From the NCBI RefSeq assembly GCF_001447785.1, contig NW_015174859.1, forward strand, positions 637,808 through 701,807: a DNA stretch of 64,000 bases, written 5' to 3'. The notes below the pieces were generated by a model. That model ran no database searches and was not told the origin of the DNA. It was given only the letters and a program-made list of their open reading frames with translations. The position numbers and the translations under genes were made by a program. Source of the stretch: Gekko japonicus. Lineage: Eukaryota. Shown here one piece after another: positions 12,439-24,469 of this stretch; within the stretch, counting starts at the first letter, position 1; the number at the start of each line of letters is the position of its first letter.

Positions 12439-13202
12439 GGCGCCGCCTGGTATGGAGCAGTGTGCGCTGCCACCACCGCCGAAGGACGCGGCGAGGAACC
12501 GACTGAGTGAGCCGGGCAGGCGGGCGGCAGAGACCGCCCCGCGGGAGGGAGGGAGCCGCCCCTCGTCTCCGCCCAGCCACCTTCCAGGAGAGGGTTGCGG
12601 CGCCCTCTGAGCTCGTGCAGAGTGCAGGGGGAGGGGTTGTGGCTCGCCCCCCCCCAAGCAAGCGGCTCTCTAGCTGTGCCTTGGGCCGAGCGAGCACCGA
12701 AGTCTCTTCTCTGGCCAGAGGGCGGCTGGAAGATCCAGACCGAGCCGCGGGACTCGCTCCCTGGGACCCTCCCCCCCCCTCCCGCCGCTGCCTCTGCAGA
12801 CTCCCCCTCGGGGGGGANNNNNNNNNNNNNNNNNNNNNNNNNNNNNNNNNNNNNNNNNNNNNNNNNNNNNNNNNNNNNNNNNNNNNNNNNNNNNNNNNNN
12901 NNNNNNNNNNNNNNCCCTACATCCCCTAATCCGACCTGAGTCTTCCTCAGCGAGAAAGGCGGACTATTTAAATAAAGGAAACAAGAATAAAGACAGTAAA
13001 CCTGACGGTGGCTCGAATTTGTCCAACCCGTTAAACAGCAGCAGCAAAGGCACCTCGAAGAGACTGGCCGAGCTCCACCGCATCTCGCGGCAGCGAGTTC
13101 CTCAAATCGGCCAGGTTTCCTTCTGTAAATGCCCAGCCTCCTGCCCATCAGTCTCATCTCGAGGGAACTTGCATTTGCTCGGTAGCCGCGTTGGTTTTGA
13201 AG

Positions 13203-13355
13203 GAGCAGAACAAAGTCTGAGTCCAGTGGCAACTGTAAGACCAACACAGTTTTATGCCGGGTATAGGAGCTTTCGTATGCACGAAAGCAGTTTATAGCCA
13301 GAATTAAACTTTGTTGGGCTTAAAGGTGCTACTGGACTCAAACTTCCTTTTTGCT
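13203..13355. mobile_element. Palindromic interspersed repeat (possibly Penelope-derived) inside the bidirectional promoter
   Basis: GAGTCCAGTGGCA...AGACCAAC arm pairs with GTTGG...AAAGGTGCTACTGGACTC; relatives at about 45050-45195, 6625-6655 and 880-905. Confidence 0.7.
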
Positions 13356-13687
13356 CGTTGTGCTTGCTCCACCCCAGGTCTCTTCTAAAACGCGCTCCGA
13401 AGGGCAGGGAAATCCCCCCACCACCTCCGCCGGCTTCAGCCGAAACTTTCCGAACATGCGCTAGTCTCTCTACGCATGCGCAGTAGCATTGGGAAGGTAC
13501 GTTCTTTTTGTAACTGGCTCCAGCCAAATGGGCGTAGCTTGTGACCCACTGGATGCCCCTCCCTGCGGTGGGCGCCCGCCATCTGGCGCCTGTGCGAAGA
13601 AAGCCAGAAGACCGCTGTTGATTGGTTGATGTGCAGTTTCCCGTCGCCTAGGGGAAATTTCCAGTTCCGGGGACGAGAAGAAGCAGG

Positions 13688-13713
13688 ATGTTGGGGGACT
13701 TGCTAATTTGCGG
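13688..13713 (+). CDS. SMIM7: Small integral membrane protein 7, exon 1 of 5
   Basis: MLGDLLICG, donor GG|gtaagg. Full join 13688-13713,14938-14979,15455-15507,16277-16367,16817-16832 = 228 nt = [75 protein letters not shown]. Confidence 0.93.
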
Positions 13714-14937
13714 GTAAGGAGAGGGAAGGGGTGAGAAATAGAGTTGCCCAGCAACCAGTCTCCTAATAAGGGTGAGGGCACTGTGTTGTTGTTTTGCCCC
13801 CCCCTCTAAACTCTGCCTTATGGGATGGAGCTAAGGTTGCAGAGCCCGGGTTGGCATCAAGGAGTCGTCTTAAGCAGCAAGCGGCTAGATATGCACCAGG
13901 TGCATTCAACGGGAGAGCTGCACCTGCTGGAATATTTCTTTCTCCCTAAAGTAGCTGTTGGATAATTCCTTTTTATTGGGAACAACAAAAATACCTCAAA
14001 TAGAAAACAGTATACAATTGTTGTATTCGGGATTTTACCATAAAAACAGCTCTGTTTGCCTTTCAGTTTTGTAAATTTTCCATGTGGGTAACAATCACTA
14101 AATTAAAAACAGAAGCAAGAACTCAGTTTTTAAAAAGGTGACAGAAGTGGCACATTGTATTCAATTATGAGCTAACAGGAAAGAAAACAAGCCAAATACA
14201 GAAGCAGAAGTAGTGAAAAAACTCTTGGAACCTGTCCCGTGGCTTTCTTACTTGTTACTGCTGTTGACAGTTTTAATTTATGGGTGGGCCCTAGTGTGCC
14301 CAGACAGACAGCCTGAATTTTAAGGGAGAGTGCAACCCCATTTTGCACAGGTTGCATGACTATCTCCAAATAGCCATGTTTCCAACCTGACCGTTCTTCC
14401 TTTTTTAGATTAAGCTTTGGTTTGGTAGCCAGTGCATCAGTGCCCTTTATTGATAGGACAATGAGAACACGCATATGCCCTTATGCTATAGTCCCCAAAT
14501 TTATTATTTTTTAATTTGATCTGTATCCCGCCCTCCCTACCAAGGCAGGCTCAGAGTGGCTTACATAAAATATATTGAACAACTAAAGCACAAAATCAAT
14601 AAAATCACAACAAAAGGATTATAAAACATAGCATAAAGTGCTAGTGTAGATGCTGGAGTGTAAGGGACAAGATGTGCAGCTGTGAAAAGTGCAGGAGCTA
14701 TGCCAAGAGGGAAAAAGGGGGGCTTGGAGTGAAATCAGTGAGCTGGGGATGCCAGGAAACATATAGGGAGGAGAAGCTACCCCTAAGTTGTGCCCTTTCA
14801 GCGCTCCTCCCTCTATAAAGCTCAGAGTTTAAGGAAGTTCTGGGACAGAGAGGACAAGGGAAAGGTTGAGAAAAAATAATGCTGCATTTCCATAGCTGAG
14901 TGAACGGTAACTTCTCTGATTTTCTTTTCCCACATAG

Positions 14938-14979
14938 GACACTGTTGGTCAATGCGGGAGCTGTGCTGAACTTCAGGCT
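14938..14979 (+). CDS. SMIM7: SMIM7 exon 2
   Basis: cacatag|G ACA CTG TTG GTC AAT GCG...AGG CT|gtgagt; TLLVNAGAVLNFRL. Confidence 0.95.
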
Positions 14980-15454
14980 GTGAGTGCTGGAGGAACTAGA
15001 ACTGCCTGGTGTAGATGGGGTGGGGGTTATGATGGCAGAGCATTTGGAAACGACGACACGTGGTCCTGTGGCTGGGACTCAGTGCATCACTATCAGATTC
15101 TGGGTTGCTGGTCAGACAAACTTTTGAGATGTCCTGTTGCTTGGTGTTAAATCACATGGTTCTTAGAGGCATAGCGCCAGTCACTGATATGTCTGGGACA
15201 GGCCTCACTCTGAGAAGTTGGAAAACTGCTGCCTGAACTAAGTTGACTTACCTTAAAGCGGATTTATATGTTCAACCTCTTTTCCTTCCAACCTGTCCCC
15301 AAAGACCTTCAAAGGATCTTATGAAACATTTGTTTTTTTTGACCTTTTGTCTTGTTGTTTGTCCTTTTTTTGAGGGAATTTGTCTCCTCAATTCTGAACT
15401 ATCTCTGTGCTCCTAGGGACATGGGAATAATTCTTGTGTGTCTCTGTCTCTCAG

Positions 15455-15507
15455 GAAGAAAAAGGAGAGCCAGGGCTTTGGTGAAGAGGTGAAAGAACCA
15501 ACAACAG
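15455..15507 (+). CDS. SMIM7: SMIM7 exon 3
   Basis: tctctcag|G AAG AAA AAG...ACA G|gtaaaa; KKKESQGFGEEVKEPTT. Confidence 0.95.
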
Positions 15508-15959
15508 GTAAAAATCTAGAGCACCATAGAGTCTCAGTAGAGGCGATTATCCTGGAATGTTTCAGGGCAGTCATTGTTGACTGCTTAGTTCTGCCCTCAA
15601 TGCCTTCTTGTCAGCTCTTCAGCTCAAGAGGACTACAAGCAGTAGTCCTTCAAATGCAGTTAAGGCATTGTGCTGTTGTTCCTGACAAACATCTCCAAGT
15701 GCTTGCTGCAGTATGAGTACTGTCGTCTTTTTCAATTCCTAAATGACAGCTCAGACTAATAAACCCTGGGGATGCTGACTCAGCTCCTTGAAGTCCTCAC
15801 TGAGGTAATACTTAATAAATGACTCTGAACATATCCTGTATCAGTGCCCGGCCTTTCCTTTGAGCTGTGCTTCACATAAAGTCTTCTTGGAATGCATCAC
15901 TTTTGTCACTTCACAGCATTTTGCATATTTGTGGCGCTGCGTTTGCTTTAGCTTCTCTT

Positions 15960-16095
15960 AAGAACATAAGAGAAGCCAATGTTGGATCAGGCCAATGGCC
16001 CATCCAGTCCAACACTGTCACACAGTGGCCAAAAATACCAGGTGCCATCAGGAGGTCCACCAGTGGGGCCAGGACACTAGAAGCCTTCCCTTTAC
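15960..16095 (-). mobile_element. CR1 LINE 3' end
   Basis: AAGAACATAAGA tail and GTTGGATCAGGCCAATGGCCCATCCAGTCCAAC; close relative at 55446-55745. Confidence 0.8.
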
Positions 16096-16215
16096 CCTGT
16101 TCCCTCACTTGTTTAATTTATGTTACTCTATTCTTTCTTTTTTCCTGTCTGTGTTTTCTTCCCAGTCTCTCGCTTTAAAAAGATAATGAATTGGGCACTG
16201 CCCTGTTTCCCATAG

Positions 16216-16368
<153 letters not shown>

Positions 16369-16816
16369 TAAGTGTGTGAAAGAGAATGGGGAAATTGCTT
16401 TATACCTTATTGCGTGCTTCTTAGACCTTGGATTTAGCATTTATATAATTTTTAATTTATGTGTTCTCCAGTCAGTTTTTGTAAAAGGAAAAACAGAGCT
16501 TTGTGAGAAATCTTATGCCCCATCTAGTCCAGTTTATAGAAGCATCACTTAGCTTTGCAACAGTGTCAAAAAATGGGAGAAACAGGACTGATCCAGCCAC
16601 ACTTCTCTAAATGAATTGGAGAAAGATTTAGGCCATACCTTGTAAGGTGAAATGTTCAGGTCTCGCCCCAACCAATCAACTCACTGAGTGGTTTTCAGCG
16701 ACCTTCTTCTGTAAGTTTGAGGTGATGATATTCTTGTTCTACCCTACAGGCCTGTTGTAACAATAACTGAGGTTAAAAGTTGATAATTAATTTTACCTTG
16801 TCTTGTCTTCCACTAG

Positions 16817-16832
16817 GTTATTTGGATCTTAA
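16817..16832 (+). CDS. SMIM7: SMIM7 exon 5 (terminal coding part)
   Basis: cactag|G TTA TTT GGA TCT TAA = LFGS*; AATAAA at 17050-17055. Confidence 0.93.
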
Positions 16833-17317
16833 ACACAACTGGTCAACTGAGGTGACAACTGTAAATGTTATACTTGGAGTCCTTGGAAATGGCTTTCTGA
16901 TGGAAACTTGACCTTTCTGACATTATGAAGTAAAAGATTACTAAGTTTTTAGTACTGGACTCTGACCTGTTCTTTCTCCCAGGATATTCGAGGATTGCAG
17001 AATGCCTTTGTGGAAATCGAACTCACTTCCTGTTGAGAGCTTGTCAGCAAATAAAGCATGCTTCTGTGGAATTCTGTGAATTCCTTTTGGCTTCTGCCTT
17101 TACGCTCAGGGAGAGTTGGATTCCAACCACATGCCTCCCTCCAAGTGGGCCTGGTCTGGTACAGGGATTAGAGGGGACCTGTGGTGCCATTCATGCCTGA
17201 GGCAGGCTCTGGCTTCATGTTAGTCTTATGCAGCTCACAATAACAGGTTCTTGCTGTGTGGAGAAGTACACTTTTTTAGCTTTGTGGGCCAAACGTAACC
17301 AGCATTGGGGTGGGTAG

Positions 17318-17500
17318 CAGGGCTCTTTTTGTAGCAGGTACTCATTTGCATATTAAGTGACACACCCCTAATGTAGCCAATCCTCCAAGAGCTTACAGTA
17401 GCTCTTGTAAGAAGAGCTCTGTAAGCTCTTGGGAGGATTGGCTACATTAGGGGGTGTGGCCTAATATGCAAAGGCGTTCCTGCTACAAAAAGAACCCCAG
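17318..17500. mobile_element. Fold-back MITE (CAGGGCT-type TIR)
   Basis: Long imperfect arms: TGTAGCCAATCCTCCAAGAGCTTACAG vs CTGTAAGCTCTTGGGAGGATTGGCTACA. Confidence 0.8.
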
Positions 17501-17809
17501 ATGTATGTGGTGACCCATCCCCAGGATCTACTGCCTTCCAGGGTGTTGGGAGGGTGTGCAGGGACTACACCCTTAGAGTGGTGCCAAGAGCTCGGGGAGT
17601 CCTGGGACCCAGCTGAGTCCACTGTTGAGCCAGCAGGGCCAGAACCCCATTTCCCTCGTGTAATACTTCAGATGCACAGAATTAGGTCGCCTGGTTTTCA
17701 GTACAAATTTATTTAGCATTTATAGTGTGCTGCCTTTTTTCACTGAGACTTGAGGTGTATTATGCACAACAAGTCTGTGCAATCAGTTGTATTCAGTACA
17801 CCTAATAAG

Positions 17810-18012
17810 CAATGCTCCCTCTAAGCTATGGAGTCCTGTGAGCAAAAATTCTCTGTGAGCTACTGGCATTAAAGTTGTGAGCGAGCAATTTGGCTACTGC
17901 ATAAATGAGTTTGCTCTGGAGCCATCCTTCCTGAGCTAAGACAAAAATGTGTGAGCCAGAGGCTAAAAAACTATGAGCTAGCTCACACTAACTCATCTTA
18001 GAGGGAACACTG
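17810..18012 (+). mobile_element. hAT MITE
   Basis: Same TIRs; 8-bp TSD CTAATAAG. Confidence 0.9.
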
Positions 18013-18919
18013 CTAATAAGTAACACGGTGTACAACTAGGATTGCAGAAATTTGAAACTTACCTGTTTTCTGAACAAAAGGATTAAACATCAGACTTTAA
18101 GTCCATGCTCCCCTGAGCACTGTGTAAGTTACTTCCCAGGGTTTTAAGGAGTCAGGGGAGGAGCTTTGTATGGATTTGTATTTTTATGTACATTTCAGCA
18201 TCCATTTTAGAGAAGTGGCTGCCCCCTTTTGAGTGGCTGGCTTTGATTGCTTTTGTGTGTGTTGGGCGAGGGGGGCACACTCCACACACCCTCAGGAACA
18301 GTGTGGCTCCTTCACAAAAGGTGAGATGATTTTTAGAAATACACACACACACTATATATATGTATTTTATACAAGGCTTTTTTTTTAATAAAAGAGATGC
18401 TGGAACTCTCAAGAGGGAAATGAACTTTTCAATCTGTATACTTTTAAACATCTTAAAAAGAATTTTGTTGAATAGGTTCTAGACGTCTGGCCCAGCATAT
18501 TCCCCCAGAAAAAAGCCCTGGTTGTACAGGTTCCTTTTTTAGGAACCGATTTTAATTTTCAGATAATCCCATTTTTAATCAAACACAATATAAGAAATAG
18601 TTATTTCATTCAAATTCTAAAACCAATGCTTCTCTGAATTTTGTGGATTTGATTTGAGGTGAGTTATGTAACTCCATTTGCCTTAATTTTGAATTGAATC
18701 TGACCTACCCCCCTCCCTTTTAGTTTTAAATTAAAACAAACAAAATAGTAAAAACCGGTGGATATAATTCAGAATTTTAAACAATTGATACAATATGACA
18801 ATTTTCAATGAAGCCTATTGGCTTAATTTCCTTGCTTTTTAAAGGGCGAACTAGTAGGCTAAGGGAGATGTGGTTATTAAAACATTTTCGTGAGGGCTGA
18901 GTCTGATGGTAGCCTAAGG

Positions 18920-19760
18920 AGAAAAGGCGTCGGCCATAACGCCGTCCGCGCAGATCCTTTTTCCCGCCCTTTTCTTGCCCCTCCCCCGCCTTCCTAACCT
19001 TCAAGAACTGCGAAGGTGCTTTTGCGCAGGCGCTGTTGACCTCCCTGCCCCCCCTTCCCCGCCGCCGAGGTGAAAGGCGCGTGCACAATCGCGGGCGGTT
19101 GTTGCGTCTCCGCCCGAAGCTGGTGCGCCGTGACGCCACAGACACGCCGTACGGCGTGCCTCCGCCGCCGTCAGGCGTGTCCCATGGTGCACCGCGCGGG
19201 CTGGCTCCTGCCCACAGTTGAGTTCGGCCTCCGCCTCCTCCTCAGCCGAGCCCCAGGCCAGGCCGAGCCGGTCCCCCCTGCCTCCTTTCCTCCCTCGCTG
19301 CGATTCCCTCCCCTTCTCGGCGGGGCGCGCGAGCGGAACATGCGGCGCAAGCTGCCCCGCGGCTAGGCCGGCGAGTGAGGCCGGGAAGAGGGGCCGGCAG
19401 GGGAGGGAGAGGGGCCGGCAGGCAGAGGGGGGGGCGCCGCCGCCGCTTCTCCCCGCCCGTCTCGGCTCCCCCCCTCCCCCAAGCCTCCTCCCCAGGGAGG
19501 CAATGACAGCGGCTCCGGGACCCTCCCCGCAGCAGATCAGGGACCGGCTGCTGCAGGCCATCGACCCCCACAGCAACGTGAGTATGCGGGGAGGGGAGGG
19601 ATGGAGGACGCCCCCCCCCCCCGCACGAGCATGCTCCGGTGGGTCAAGGGGAGGGCGGTAGCGGACGGGGCGCACTCTAGGCCTGGCTCCTCATTTGCAC
19701 GTTCCCTTCCTTCTTCCCTTGCTTTGCTTGTGCGCGCTCCCGTGCGCTCGCTCACTTTCT
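18920..19760 (+). promoter_or_regulatory. MED26 CpG-island promoter / 5' UTR
   Basis: Dense CpG spanning exon 1; CRE-like GTGACG. Confidence 0.8.
19503..19577 (+). CDS. MED26: Mediator subunit 26, exon 1 of 3
   Basis: MTAAPGPSPQQIRDRLLQAIDPHSN|gtgagt inside a CpG island. Join 19503-19577,24395-24469,25737-27419 = 610 aa. Confidence 0.95.
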
Positions 19761-21502
19761 CTCTTCACCCACCTGGCCAGGGGCTTCACTTGCCCCCCTG
19801 TCTGGTCTGTAATTGCTGTTTTGTGTCGCACCTTCGCATTTTAAAGCACTCTGCGTTTCTCGGCTATCAAGTCATCCTCATACCAACCCTGAGGAGTAGG
19901 CTAAGGTTCTCACACACCCATATTGTGCATGGGTAGGGGTCTGAGTTCTAATTTTAAGGTTGCATGGGGAGCTTGAGGAAGAGGTTAGATTTGAACTGGG
20001 GTCACAGCTGTTGTGTTACTTAATAGGTTGCACCAGGCATGCCTCTTGATACTCCCCCCTCCCCGATTTTGCCCCAGATTATTTTATTTGGCTTTCTCCT
20101 CCCTGGGGAGAATGGGGACAACACTCTCATTTATTCTAGGTTAAAGCATACTTCTGTGTCCTTGCTAAGGTGTGCTTTATCTGGGGATTCCTCCCCCAAG
20201 TGCATAGCAACTGCCCCATAGACCTTCTCTTTTCTGTGTCCAATACACTTGCAGCTATCTTTCTTGGCTGGCCCTGTGCCTTGGGAATAGTACCATCTAA
20301 GTTAGACACTGCAAAAACTGATCTGGTGGTGGGCACGCTTTTTGCCTGGCATGTCATTGGGTCTAAATTGCCTCAGCTGTGGAAAGAGGGATTGTGTGGC
20401 GCTTCTGTCTTTGGGACAGAAACCTTACCTTATAATGCTATGCTGCTTCTATTCTCCCCCAGGCTGTTCTGCCAGTTTCTTGCACTGAATATATTTGATG
20501 TCCTTAAAGGTTTCCTTGATTTTGTTGATTATTTATTACTTAAATTTATATCCCGCCCTTCCGAAGTGGGCACAGGGCGGGTTGTTGCAGTGGGGAAGTC
20601 CTGCACTCAGATGGCAAATCCTTGCAGGGTCTAAACTGTTCTGTCATGGGATTAGCTATCATCTCCTTTCAAAACTTGGCTGCATCTCCCATGCTTTTAC
20701 CCAAAACTCAGTGCTGCCTATGCTGCATCTTCCCTATTGCCTAGCCAGCCACTCGTGGATTCCTGTGCTGTACTTTTGCTTCTTTCTCAGGTGTGACACA
20801 CATACTAAAGTCATCTGCTTCATTCCCCCCCCCCCCCCCCCCCTCCTCCTGCTGGTCTAAGACAGTGTTGTTGACTTGCTTTTGGGAGCAGGCTGTGCTG
20901 TGAAAGGTCTTCAGGGTCAGAAGAGCCTACTTCAGCTTCACCCTTGTTACACCTGAAGGATTTTCTTCTGAGCTGCACTCCTATTTTTGTCAAATATTGA
21001 GTAATTAGAGTATTTTCAATATTATAAGCTCAGGATAATGTGTGGTTTAGAAAAATGTTTTCAGAGAGGACAGGATAGAAGTTTAAATTATTCATAGGGT
21101 AAGGAAAGTGGATAGAGAGAACTTTTTCTTTCCCACATATAGTATTAGAATTCAAGAGCACTTAAATACATTCAGAACAGACAAAAGTATTTCTTTGCAT
21201 AATGAGTAACTGTATTGTGGGGTTTGCTGCTAGTGTATGTAGTGATGACCATGAACATAGACAGATGTAGAAGAGGACTGGCAAAATTCACTAGCCATGG
21301 TGCGTAAGGGGAGCCTCCACATTTAGAAGCAGCAATCTGCCTTTCTTGGACTACTTTACCAGTGCTAGGAGGCAATATCAGGCCTCAGCCTCTATGCCCT
21401 GTTCTTGGCCCTCAAGCACAACTAGACGACCACTGTGTAAAACAGGATGCTGGACTATATGGACCCTCACTGGTCTGATTCAGCAGGGCTCTTCTGTTCA
21501 GT

Positions 21503-22229
21503 GGGTGCAGTCAGACGGCGTGCTGGGAGCGGTTTAAATTGCTCCGGCCCTGATGCGGTCTTTTTTTAACCTGGAAAATCGTGATCACACTCACCTCCTT
21601 GCTCCGGATTGCTGCGCAGCCACATCGTTCCCCGCTGTCCACAGGCGGGAGCGTGCGTCGGTGTTGTTTTTTTCTCAGTTTGGGCATGCACACAGGTAGC
21701 CATCTGTAGAACTAAAATTTTCCTGTGTGCGCAGAACAGCAATTTCCACTTCAACCCGACTGCTGTAAAACTTCCCTTTAAACTTTAAAGGAACACTTGC
21801 CTTTAAACGTTTACCCCGAAAATGGCCTCCGTGAGAACTCGTCTAAATGCTAAAACTAGGCACTGTTTAAACATTGTTTTTAATAGCATGGTGGCAGAAC
21901 TCCGCCTATGTGCACACCGGCAACGCTTTAAAAAAAAATGGTGGGCGAAAAGCGGAAGCCTCGGGCAGCTTTCAAGCGGGGAGGGGGTTTAAACTGGAAG
22001 TGGCTCGACACCGGAGGAGCGATCGCACAGGGGGGAAATGCAACTGGAAACGGAGAATCAGGAAAACACCACTTGGGGACCTGGTAACAAAATACTCTGG
22101 TTTAAAGGGGATTTGAGCCGGAAAGCGACGGCTGGGGACAGGAGGCAGATGTTGACTGTGTGATCACGCGTATAAAATACGTTTCTGAACTGGCACGACA
22201 CCAGATCAAATGGCGCGTCTGACACACCC
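21503..22229. mobile_element. Non-autonomous PIF/Harbinger-like DNA element in MED26 intron 1
   Basis: TIR GGGTGCAGTCAGACG / CGTCTGACACACCC; 3-bp TSD AGT; CpG-rich interior. Confidence 0.7.
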
Positions 22230-22544
22230 AGTGACTTGCACATCCATCTACAGGGCTCCGTGCTAGTCTGAGGATGAATTCATACTGCAGTCGATGCAAC
22301 ACCCTTGTATAAACAAAGACCAGAGGTTGCCTTGTTTAGTTTAGGACACCCAGGACTTAGGGTGGGTGGTGGTGGTGATAGAGAACATCACTGCATTCTA
22401 CATGTATTTCAGGCTTAACACAAAGGACGGCTCCCATTTTGAGAAGAGCTGGGGCTACAACAGCTCATGATGGTTAAGCTGATCACAGAGTTTGTTTAGG
22501 AGTGAGAAGATCCAGATTAGAAAAATGGAGGGCTATGTTCACTT

Positions 22545-22610
22545 GAGGGGTGACCCCATGGTCCATGGGGTTGTGAAGAGTCGGACTCAGCTGTGCGACT
22601 GAACAACAAC
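22545..22610 (+). mobile_element. 5'-truncated RTE/BovB-type 3' end
   Basis: GTCCATGGGGTTGTGAAGAGTCGGAC...(CAA)n tail; 10-bp TSD ATGTTCACTT. Confidence 0.8.
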
Positions 22611-24394
22611 ATGTTCACTTAACCTGGTTCCATGCAGCAGGACCCTCTTGACGTTCACTATATGACACACACACACCCCGGACGAGCCATCTAGAGTGAT
22701 GTCATCTGCAAGTCTTGCTGGCATGATTCATCCTCAGCGTCTCTAGTGGGTCATTATTAGTGCATGCATACAGCACATTTCACATGTTCAGAAGACATCA
22801 CGTATGCAAAGGGACCCTGCAGTAGCTCTATAAGTGGAGCCATGTCTCATGTGACTGTCCAAAGGCTTCATAGTGAGCTGATGCTGAAGGACTGGAAATT
22901 GGATGGGGTTCCAGTCCTTGGATTCCTCGCTGATCTAGGAGTAAGTCCTTGTCCTGTCAAGTGTAGATGCGGGGCGCTGTCAGTCCAAGTGCAGCTCCTC
23001 TTCCACCTCCTGTCCCGCTTCTATCATGAAGATTTGGGGCTGACTTTTCTTTCATCCGGTCAATATTTGTTATCCCGAACATCCCATTTTGCACTTTTCC
23101 TTTGGTTTTACTACTGTGGCCGCCTTTCATCAAAGCTGCTCAGCTCAGCTCTTGTCCCTGTTGTGTAAGCTTTCTGTGTCCCGGTAGTTTGAGGTGGGGT
23201 CTCGCTGATGCAAATGACCGGTACCTGGTCTAGTAGCAGTAGTGCTGACCTTCCAGGCAACTGGCTTGTTATAAAGTTAAGTGGAGTTTGTTGGCTGCCC
23301 GTCTGCGCTACCACTACCTCTTGGCAGTGTCTACGTTAGGCTGCTTCAGCCATCATGTAGCTCAGGGTTGGGCAACGTGTTCCATTGTGGCTGTTCCCCT
23401 CCCCTCAGACATTAAATCTATTAGTATTTGCTTTGTGAAATAATTACTTTCTTTTCTCCTGGGCACTTCACACTTTGGCCGGACAAACCATTCTGTGTCA
23501 TTTTGTACCTAAGGTAAGGGAATGGTTTGCATGGTATAGTGCCAGATCAGGATCCAAGAGGCCCATGTGTGGATTGCCACCTTGGGTTGGGACAGTTTCT
23601 ATCAGCCTGTTGCACAGGGTCATGGTTCTAAGGATAAAATGAAGGAAATGCGAACAATGCTGTAAGCCACTTTAGGTCTCCATTAGGGAGATAAATAAAG
23701 GATTATGGGAGGACCTCGGGGCAGATGGGAATCAGCAGAGGTCATTTGGAGCATCCTTCCTGTGTGTGCGCGTGCGAATGCTCTCATCTGGAGCTTTCTT
23801 ATTCTTTGGAAGCAAGTATTCCTCTGAAGCACTAACCAGTTTAACACAAGACCCAGCCCAGTTTGCCAAGTATATAACCCTAGGGCACTAGGAAATAATA
23901 TCCTGTGTAAATCTCTTTTGCCAAAGATTTTCCTGATCATGGCTTTTGTGGTTTTACCTGAGGGTTGTCTTGTCTACTGGATGATGTGCTGTATGTCCAT
24001 TGCTAAGCACATCAGGCTGCTTTCTGTTTGCCTCTTTGAGGCTTCCTTTACATTTCTCAGCTGTTACAATATGCCATAGGTTGGTGGCACATTTTACAGT
24101 AAACACAATGGAACCAAGTCTCAGTGGTGAATGTTGCTATCACAGTGAGAGGCCTGCACTAGTAAGTAGTATCTGCCCTAAGTTCCCTTTTTAAAGGGAC
24201 TGTTGTCCAGCTTCTGAGTTTGCATGAATATGTGGAAGAATATCTGCATTGCAGCCAGTTGGGACTGTCTTCTCAGCCTCCGTGTCCCTGGATTTGAGGT
24301 TGCCAGCCAGTGTGGTGTGAGCACAGAGTACCTCAGCTTCAGAGGGTCTCTCTCAACTGGTTGTTATATTTTCTGTTATTTCCTTTTCCCCCAG

Positions 24395-24469
24395 ATACAT
24401 AACATGGTGGCAGTACTGGAAGTGATCTCCAGCTTGGAGAAATACCCCATTACCAAAGAAGCCCTTGAG
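24395..24469 (+). CDS. MED26: MED26 exon 2 (TFIIS-N-like domain)
   Basis: ccccag|IHNMVAVLEVISSLEKYPITKEALE|gtatgt. Confidence 0.96.

Larger units (their letters stand above)
12070..13720. promoter_or_regulatory. CpG-island bidirectional promoter of TMEM38A and SMIM7
   Basis: GC/CpG-rich; divergent ATGs 1250 bp apart; NRF1-like CGCATGCGCA near 13473, YY1-like CCGCCATCT near 13576, ETS-like TTCCGG, reverse CCAAT. Confidence 0.8.

Noticed and set aside
11798-13247. 299-aa and 437-aa minus-strand ORFs
   Set aside because: Stop-poor frames of a GC-rich CpG island plus an N gap; only the TMEM38A exon 1 frame resembles a known protein
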